From positions 1,541,414-1,605,413 of the forward strand of contig JADJRA010000001.1 of assembly GCA_016712475.1 (NCBI GenBank): a DNA stretch of 64,000 bases. Direction: 5' to 3'. Under the pieces are notes generated by a model. That model worked only from the letters and a program-made list of their open reading frames with translations. It did no database searches and had not been told where the DNA came from. Position numbers and translations under genes: made by a program. How positions within the stretch are numbered: position 1 is the first letter of the stretch; every line of letters begins with the position of its first letter. Positions 58,251-64,000 of the stretch are shown one piece after another. This DNA is from Deltaproteobacteria bacterium (GTDB taxonomy: Bacteria > Myxococcota_A > Polyangia > Nannocystales > Nannocystaceae).

Positions 58251-59359
58251 TTGCCTCCCCCGATCTGCTCGAGCTCGATCCGCGACGGGCGACCGTCGTT
58301 GGCGTAGGGCTGGATGCCGATCGTCACGCCGGCGAGCTTGCTGCCGAGCCGCTCCATCACGCGCTCGACGGGTTGGTCACGAAAGGCCTCGATCGAGGCC
58401 TGCTGGGCGCCGAACTCGGCCTCGAGCTGGCCCCGCAGCTCGTCGGCCTTGCGCTGGGCGGCGGCCACGGCCGCCTGACCCTTGGCGACGGTGTCGATGC
58501 GGTAGCTGTCGACGATGCGGATGGTCTCCGCCTGCTCTGCGATGGCGGTGGCGAGCGTGGTCTCGAGCTCGGCCCGCTTCTCCTGGATGATCTTGTTCTG
58601 GTCGCGATCGACCTCGGCCAAGCGGCGGCTGCGATCGGTGCCGGCACGGGTGAGCTCGGACTGGATCACCGCCAGCTGGTTCTCGGCGCCGTTGCGCGAC
58701 TCGATGAGGTTCTCGTACTCCTCCGAGAAGCGCGGCCGCGGCGTGACGATCTGCGTGACCACCAGGCCGTGGGCCTCGAGCACCTGGTTGAGCCGCGCTC
58801 GCGCGCGCTCGGTGGCGGCGCCGAAGTTGGCCGGGTTCGACACGCTGATGGTCGACTCGCGACCGAACTCGTCGCGCAGGATCGAGCGGGCGTAGGGTCG
58901 CATCCAGCGGCGGAAGGCCCCCTCCACGCCGGCGTCACGGATGGTGTCCTCGGCGCGGTCGCCCGCGACCTGGAAGATGATGGTGGTGTCGTTGAACAGG
59001 AAGTTCGAGCCGTCGCTCGCGCGCACCGTCAGCTCGACGACGTGGAGATCGTCCGTGTTCTGCGTGCCCTTCATGACGAAGGTCTGCGGGCTCGCGTCGA
59101 GCACGTAGATCGAGTGCAGGCCGAAGGGCGCCCGCAGCACCAGCCCCGGCTGCACGATGGTGTCGCGCGCCCCGGTGAGGTTGTTGACCCGAACGGCGAC
59201 CTGACCGGGGTCGATCACCGTGAAGGTCGACATCAGCGTCACCGTGAGGACCAGCAGCGCGACCCCGAGCCACACCAACGGGCCGATACCCCGCTTGCGG
59301 AAGTTCTCGAGGAGCACGACCACGGGATTGCCGGGGGGGCGGCCCTTGCTTGTTGCCAT
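58247..59359 (-). CDS. SPFH/band-7 (HflK-like) domain protein.
   Basis: TM anchor ([16 protein letters not shown]), an SPFH domain ([16 protein letters not shown]...) and a coiled-coil tail. Confidence 0.8.
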   Translation of the reverse strand: MATSKGRPPGNPVVVLLENFRKRGIGPLVWLGVALLVLTVTLMSTFTVIDPGQVAVRVNNLTGARDTIVQPGLVLRAPFGLHSIYVLDASPQTFVMKGTQNTDDLHVVELTVRASDGSNFLFNDTTIIFQVAGDRAEDTIRDAGVEGAFRRWMRPYARSILRDEFGRESTISVSNPANFGAATERARARLNQVLEAHGLVVTQIVTPRPRFSEEYENLIESRNGAENQLAVIQSELTRAGTDRSRRLAEVDRDQNKIIQEKRAELETTLATAIAEQAETIRIVDSYRIDTVAKGQAAVAAAQRKADELRGQLEAEFGAQQASIEAFRDQPVERVMERLGSKLAGVTIGIQPYANDGRPSRIELEQIGGGK

Positions 59360-59457
59360 TGCAGCCAGAGTAACCCCAAGGGCGGCGGTGGCCGCTCGAC
59401 CCGCCGGGCGCGGGTACTGGCGTGCGCGTCGGGGTCGTGCTGAACTGCTGTGGCGCG

Positions 59458-59783
59458 TGAAGACCCGCCGGCCCTGGCTGCTGCTGCTGTTCGCGACCCT
59501 GTTCGCGATCGTCGGCGTCACGCGGCCGGTGACCGCGGCCCAACGCGAGGCGGCGAGCTCACGGCTCGACGCGTCGCTGCCGGTCGCTGCCCGCCAGGAC
59601 GCGCCCGATCGTCCGACCCGTGATCCGAGTCGCCCCGATCCCGACGTGGGTGAGGCCGGCTCGCTCGGCAGCGAGACCCCCGCCGCTGCGATCCACGTCG
59701 CGTCGCTGCTCGACGCACACGCTGGCTCGCCCGCGATCTCGCCGTGCGATCGACCGCGCGCGCGCGGTCCACCGACGGCCTAG
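59458..59783 (+). CDS. Possible small secreted protein (GTG start; [29 protein letters not shown]...).
   Basis: A signal-peptide-like N-terminus in an otherwise unannotated ~650-bp gap. The composition is only moderately protein-like. Confidence 0.25.
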
Positions 59784-60023
59784 CCACGCGCCAAGGCCCG
59801 CCTGTGCGCGCGCCTCCGTCGTCCTGCAGCGGTCGAGCACACGATCGCAGGACACCAGGAAGGCACGCACCTGCACGGCGCGACGATGCTCGGCTGCGTC
59901 GTCGGAACTCCATCGATTTCCCAGCGTGCTCCGGCGGCGGGCCCGATTGCCCGCGGATTCCCCGTGGAGAAACCACTCACCCATCCGTTTTTCACCCGCG
60001 CCGTCTCGTGGCTGCGCAACACC

Positions 60024-60506
60024 ATGAATCTCAGCACCGCAGTCCTGCCGGGCGATGCCATCGGCGATCCGCAGGACCCCTCTCGTGCGCGAATCGATGG
60101 CTATCTCGACGACAGCGAGTCGCGCTCGTTCGCCTCGCTGGCCATCGTCTCGTTGGTCTGCGCCGGCGTGATCGCCCTGGCGGCGTCACGCCCGGGTCTG
60201 TCACCGACGCAGTGGACGCTGACACACTACGGCAGCATCACGTTGGCGATCTGCGGCTTCGTCGGCCTCATCGTCGAGGTTCGACGGGCACGCATGCGTC
60301 GGCTCGAGGTCTCAGTGATCGTGTTGGCCGGCGACGCCGCTGCGCGCATCGAGCCCGAGCACATCGAGCGTTGGCAAGCTCGACCCGACCAGCGGCTGTG
60401 GCTGGTGAGTGAAGCGGGCCTGCCGAAGACCTCGATGGCCCGCGCCCGCGAGCTCGGCATGCGCTGCTTCATGGCCGGCGAGCAGGGCATCAGCGAGCGC
60501 GCCTAG
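60024..60506 (+). CDS. Hypothetical membrane protein (two TM helices plus a cytoplasmic tail).
   Basis: Start MNLSTAVLPGD. TM helices SLAIVSLVCAGVIALAA and ITLAICGFVGLIV. The C-terminus converges on hflX. Confidence 0.45.
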   Translation: MNLSTAVLPGDAIGDPQDPSRARIDGYLDDSESRSFASLAIVSLVCAGVIALAASRPGLSPTQWTLTHYGSITLAICGFVGLIVEVRRARMRRLEVSVIVLAGDAAARIEPEHIERWQARPDQRLWLVSEAGLPKTSMARARELGMRCFMAGEQGISERA

Positions 60507-61969
60507 CCGCTCGACTCCGCCGCCGCCACACGCTCGCGCAAGCGCGTGAGCACGGCCGCCGGCGCGCGCAAGGAGTAGCGCGTGCCGGTCTCGCCGTGGT
60601 GCTCGGCGAGCACGGTCGCGTCGTCGTACAGCTGCCCGATCACGCCGGCGGCCTGGTACGGCACGAACAGCTCCTCGTCCTGCATGTCGCCGTCGAAGAA
60701 CGAGACCACGAGGTCCCGCACGCGACGAACGTCGGCGGGATCGTGCGCACTGACCAAGATGGCATCGGGGAACTCCTGCGAGAGCGCGGTGGTGGCCGCG
60801 TCGTCGAGGCGATCGCGCTTGTTCAGCACCAGGCGCGAGGCGACCTCGCCGGCACCGATGCCGGCCAGCACCTCGCGCACGACCGCGAGCTGCTCGCGGA
60901 AGGTCGGGTCGGCGGCGTCGACCACGAACAGCAGCAGCGAGGCCTCGAGCGCCTCGTCGAGGGTGGAGCGGAACGACGCCACCAGCTCGTGCGGCAGCTT
61001 CTTGATGAAGCCGACGGTGTCGCTCACGAGGATGCGCGGCTCGGTCTCGGGCCGCAGCGCCCGCACGGTGGTGTCGAGGGTCGCGAACAGCTTGTCGGCG
61101 ACGTAGACGCCACTCGAGGTGAGACCGCGCATCAGCGAGCTCTTGCCGGCGTTGGTGTAGCCGACCAGGCAAACCCGCCGCTGCGACTGCCGGCTCGCGC
61201 GTCGCGTCGCGCTCTCGCGCTCGATGGCGACCAGCTCGCGTCGCAGCTCCGCGATGCGGTCGCGGATCTTGCGACGATCGAGCTCGAGCGCCGACTCGCC
61301 GGCCCCCTTGCCGCCGATGCCACCGCGCTGACGATCGCCTCCGGCACCGGCCTCGCGCAGGCGGGGTGCGACATAGCTCAGTCGGGCGATCTCCACCTGC
61401 AGGCGCGCCTCGCGACTCTTGGCGTGACGGTGGAAGATCTCGACGATCACGTGGGTGCGATCGAGGACCTCGGCACCAGTTGCGCGCTCGAGGTTGCGCT
61501 GCATGCGGGGCGAGAGCTCGTGGTCCACCACCACGACCTGCGCGCGTTGCTCGGGTGGACGCGGGCCGTCGTCGTCGCCGTCGTCGCCGTCGTCGGGATC
61601 GTCGGCGCTCGGCGCATCGGGCCCATCGTCACCCGCGAGATCGTCGTCACCCTCGAGCACGCGATCGTCGCGCAGGCCCATTCGCTCGCGGCGCTCGAGC
61701 GCCTTGTCACGGCTGGCGATCGTGGGATCGGTGTGCCCGTCGCCGCCGGTCCAGCGCGCCAGCTCGCGCAGCTTGCCCTCGCCGAGCACGGTCGCGGGCG
61801 ACACCGAGCCGCGTCGCTGCGTCACCCGGCCGATGACGTCGAGCCCGAGGGTCTTCACCAGCCGCCCCAGCTCGGCGACGTCGGCCTCGTGCTGCGCGTC
61901 GGAGACGGTCGGCAGCTGCACCGCGACCAGCACGGCGCGCGGCGTCTTCTCGGTCGTCGAGATGGTCAT
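60503..61969 (-). CDS. hflX: GTPase HflX, with an acidic insertion in the N-terminal domain.
   Basis: HflX N-domain (AVLVAVQLP...). G1 GYTNAGKSSL, G3 DTVGF, G4 LNKRD. The insert GDDDLAGDDGPDAPSADDPDDGDDGDDDGP is unusual for HflX. Confidence 0.9.
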   Translation of the reverse strand: MTISTTEKTPRAVLVAVQLPTVSDAQHEADVAELGRLVKTLGLDVIGRVTQRRGSVSPATVLGEGKLRELARWTGGDGHTDPTIASRDKALERRERMGLRDDRVLEGDDDLAGDDGPDAPSADDPDDGDDGDDDGPRPPEQRAQVVVVDHELSPRMQRNLERATGAEVLDRTHVIVEIFHRHAKSREARLQVEIARLSYVAPRLREAGAGGDRQRGGIGGKGAGESALELDRRKIRDRIAELRRELVAIERESATRRASRQSQRRVCLVGYTNAGKSSLMRGLTSSGVYVADKLFATLDTTVRALRPETEPRILVSDTVGFIKKLPHELVASFRSTLDEALEASLLLFVVDAADPTFREQLAVVREVLAGIGAGEVASRLVLNKRDRLDDAATTALSQEFPDAILVSAHDPADVRRVRDLVVSFFDGDMQDEELFVPYQAAGVIGQLYDDATVLAEHHGETGTRYSLRAPAAVLTRLRERVAAAESSG

Positions 61970-62081
61970 CGGCGGCGCAGCTTAGCCGCGACCGCGCCGC
62001 CGCGCCGCCTCGAACCCGGCCGGAGTGGACCGCCCTCGCCGTGAGATCGACGCGGATCGACGGCGCGGGCGACCCGCGGCG

Positions 62082-63689
62082 CTACCGCACGACGCGGATG
62101 ATGGTCTTGCGCGGCCGCAGACCAAGCTCGCTTCGGATGCACGTGCGCGCGGCGGGTTGACCGATCGCGCGCCACCCCGGCGCAGGCTCGAGCACGACCG
62201 GGGCCCCGCGCACGGTGATCTCGATCGTCTCGCCGCGGGGCAGGAACACCAGCGCGCCGTGGTCGGTCGCCCGCACCGCGAGGCCGCCGGCGACGAACCA
62301 CCGCAGGATGCCAGGCACCACCGGCGGCGCGAGCTCATCGGTGATCTCGAGCGCGTCACCGCTCCACTCGATGCGCCGGCGATGGGTCGCGACGCCGCGC
62401 CAGCCGCGGACCTCGGCGACGATGCGCTGCTCGCCGAGTTCGAGCAGGTTCGGTACGGCACGACCACCGATGCGGTGGCTCTTCCAGAGCTCGTGCTGAT
62501 CACGATCTTCGACGGTGACGGTGTTGTGCGCGTGGGTCGAGCGGGCGTAGTCGCGATCGAGGCCCGGCACGTAGGTGCCGACGCCCGCGTCGACCAGCAC
62601 GCGAGTGCGGCCGTGGGAGAGCTCGAGCGCGAGGCAATCGCCGTGGATGTGGCCGACCTGCTGCGGCAGCCCCACGCCGCCGCGGTTCCACAGCAACGTG
62701 AAGGGGCCCCAGCTACGCCGCGAGAAGCCGCTCTCGCGGGCGTCGTCGTTGCCGAGCACGAGCTTGGTGCCCACGCGATCGCACAGCCGCGCCGGCGTGG
62801 CGGGTGCGGCGAGCTGGCTGTCGCCCCACAGCGCGACATCGCCGTCGGGGTGGGTGAACGCCGGCAACGCGTCGACCATGCGCCGCAGCGCGACCCGCAA
62901 CGGATCGGCGAACCCTGGCAGTCGCGGCTGTGCCAGCGCCACCACCTGAGCCAGCTGCTCGGCCAGCAGGCAGTGGTAGCTCGGCGTGCGCTCGGCGTGC
63001 ACGCCGTCGCTGGCCAGCTGATCGCGCACGCACGCCAACAGCCGCGGTGCGCATCGCTCGAGCACCATGCTCGGAACGTGCCCCGTCAGCCCCAGCCCGC
63101 AGGCGACCAACGCGGCGAGGTTGGTCCACACGTGATTGCCGTCGAGGTGCAGCTCGACATGACGCTCGAGGTGCAACAGCTGTGCGCACATCGACGCCAA
63201 CATCAGCTCGAGCTCGGGCGCCGACAGCTGCAGGCCCTCGCGCGCGAGCCAGCCCAGCCAGTGCAGCAGTCGCATCGAGGTCGGGTACGGCTCCCAGCCG
63301 ACGCCCTCGCGGTGCTCCTCGATCCAGTCGAAGATGCAGCGACGGGCCTGCGCCGTCGGACACTGCGGGTCGCTGATCCAGCCGTGGTAGTGGAGCGTGT
63401 ACGTCCACAGCGGATCACCGCCCTGCCAGCCGGCCCGCAGGGGATCGTGGGCGGGTTGCCCGAGCAGGTGCACGCCACCGTCCTCGTCGATGCGGCCCTC
63501 GGGCGAGGGGCCACGAAATCCCTCCGGCAACGCCAGTGCGTCGACCCCGGGCGCCCGCGACTGCGCGGGCGTGCGCGCGGGGCCGCGGGTACGCTGCAGC
63601 GCGAACGCGGCCAGCTGCGACGCGCGCAGGTGACTCGCCGCGCGCAGCGTCGGGCCGAGGCGATCGAGTGCGCGTCGCAGCCGGGTCAT
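62082..63689 (-). CDS. Heparinase II/III-like (alginate-lyase-fold) protein.
   Basis: Overall similarity to the Hepar_II_III family as I remember it (W/H-rich alpha/alpha toroid N-terminal half, beta-sandwich C-terminal half). The start is taken at MTRLRRALDRLG. Confidence 0.5.
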   Translation of the reverse strand: MTRLRRALDRLGPTLRAASHLRASQLAAFALQRTRGPARTPAQSRAPGVDALALPEGFRGPSPEGRIDEDGGVHLLGQPAHDPLRAGWQGGDPLWTYTLHYHGWISDPQCPTAQARRCIFDWIEEHREGVGWEPYPTSMRLLHWLGWLAREGLQLSAPELELMLASMCAQLLHLERHVELHLDGNHVWTNLAALVACGLGLTGHVPSMVLERCAPRLLACVRDQLASDGVHAERTPSYHCLLAEQLAQVVALAQPRLPGFADPLRVALRRMVDALPAFTHPDGDVALWGDSQLAAPATPARLCDRVGTKLVLGNDDARESGFSRRSWGPFTLLWNRGGVGLPQQVGHIHGDCLALELSHGRTRVLVDAGVGTYVPGLDRDYARSTHAHNTVTVEDRDQHELWKSHRIGGRAVPNLLELGEQRIVAEVRGWRGVATHRRRIEWSGDALEITDELAPPVVPGILRWFVAGGLAVRATDHGALVFLPRGETIEITVRGAPVVLEPAPGWRAIGQPAARTCIRSELGLRPRKTIIRVVR

Positions 63690-63875
63690 CGGGTCAGCAG
63701 GCCCACGGTATCCACGACCGCGTGCCGATTGAACCACGCGCGCAGGAATTCCGCGAAATCACCGGTGCGGGCGCAGGATCGTCGATGCGCCGCCGCACGT
63801 CCACTGACCCCTTGGGCAGCGCGCGCTCGGCCACGCAGCCGTGTTCGGCGCGATGATGCATCATGGCCTCGGCGA

Positions 63876-64000
63876 TGGGTCACGCACGACGGCGGTGGAT
63901 CGCGGGCGCGGTGAGCCTCGGCCTGCTCGCGGGCGCTGGCATCTACGTCGCGCGCCGCTGGCGAGGCCCGGTGGTGACGACCATCCAGCCGCGACGTGGC
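63876..64000 (+). CDS. N-terminus of a membrane-anchored protein, possibly an efflux/secretion periplasmic adaptor; truncated by the window end.
   Basis: MGHARRRWIAGAVSLGLLAGAGIYVARRWRGPVVTTIQP is a typical adaptor-protein N-terminus; the frame runs off the window. Confidence 0.4.

Noticed and set aside
1-64000. CRISPR arrays, tRNA/rRNA genes, integrases/transposases
   Set aside because: I saw no regularly spaced 25-40-bp direct repeats with unique spacers, no tRNA-like cloverleaf candidates in the larger intergenic gaps, and no recombinase-like ORFs. The tandem repeats present are short, in-frame or promoter-located. tRNA absence is by eye only; tRNAscan would settle it.

Overview
This is a ~70% GC window that looks myxobacterial: two proteins end in MYXO-CTERM sorting tags, several carry Myxococcus-type cysteine-rich repeats, and most genes encode lipoproteins with an LxxC lipobox. 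I found no rRNA, tRNA, CRISPR array or mobile element. Gene calls rely on reading-frame quality (lysine-, phenylalanine- and tyrosine-containing segments stand out against the Arg/Ala-rich noise of antisense frames) and on sequence motifs; nothing was searched against a database.

Recognisable content, in order along the window:
- a Ser/Thr kinase whose stop codon overlaps the start of an ECF sigma factor gene;
- an MFS transporter;
- a zincin-like metalloprotease with a MYXO-CTERM tag;
- a SCO1/SenC domain fused to a cytochrome c domain and a YHS domain;
- an egtB-egtD pair for ergothioneine synthesis;
- an MscS-family channel;
- nadA;
- a TetR regulator followed by an RND efflux adaptor and pump;
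- a polysaccharide deacetylase overlapping an APC permease;
- a 1364-aa membrane-inserted KAP-family NTPase with Clp_N-like N-terminal repeats;
- an SDR overlapping a queA-like gene;
- a second TetR regulator with a perfect 32-bp palindrome, then DUF1304 and a B12-binding radical SAM gene;
- a YWTD beta-propeller lipoprotein;
- two tandem SPFH/band-7 genes, with hflX nearby;
- a heparinase II/III-like gene.

The loci I would look at first are the KAP NTPase region, the TetR / palindrome / DUF1304 / radical SAM cassette, two apparent frameshifts inside lipoprotein genes, and a G-tract tandem repeat in a divergent promoter.
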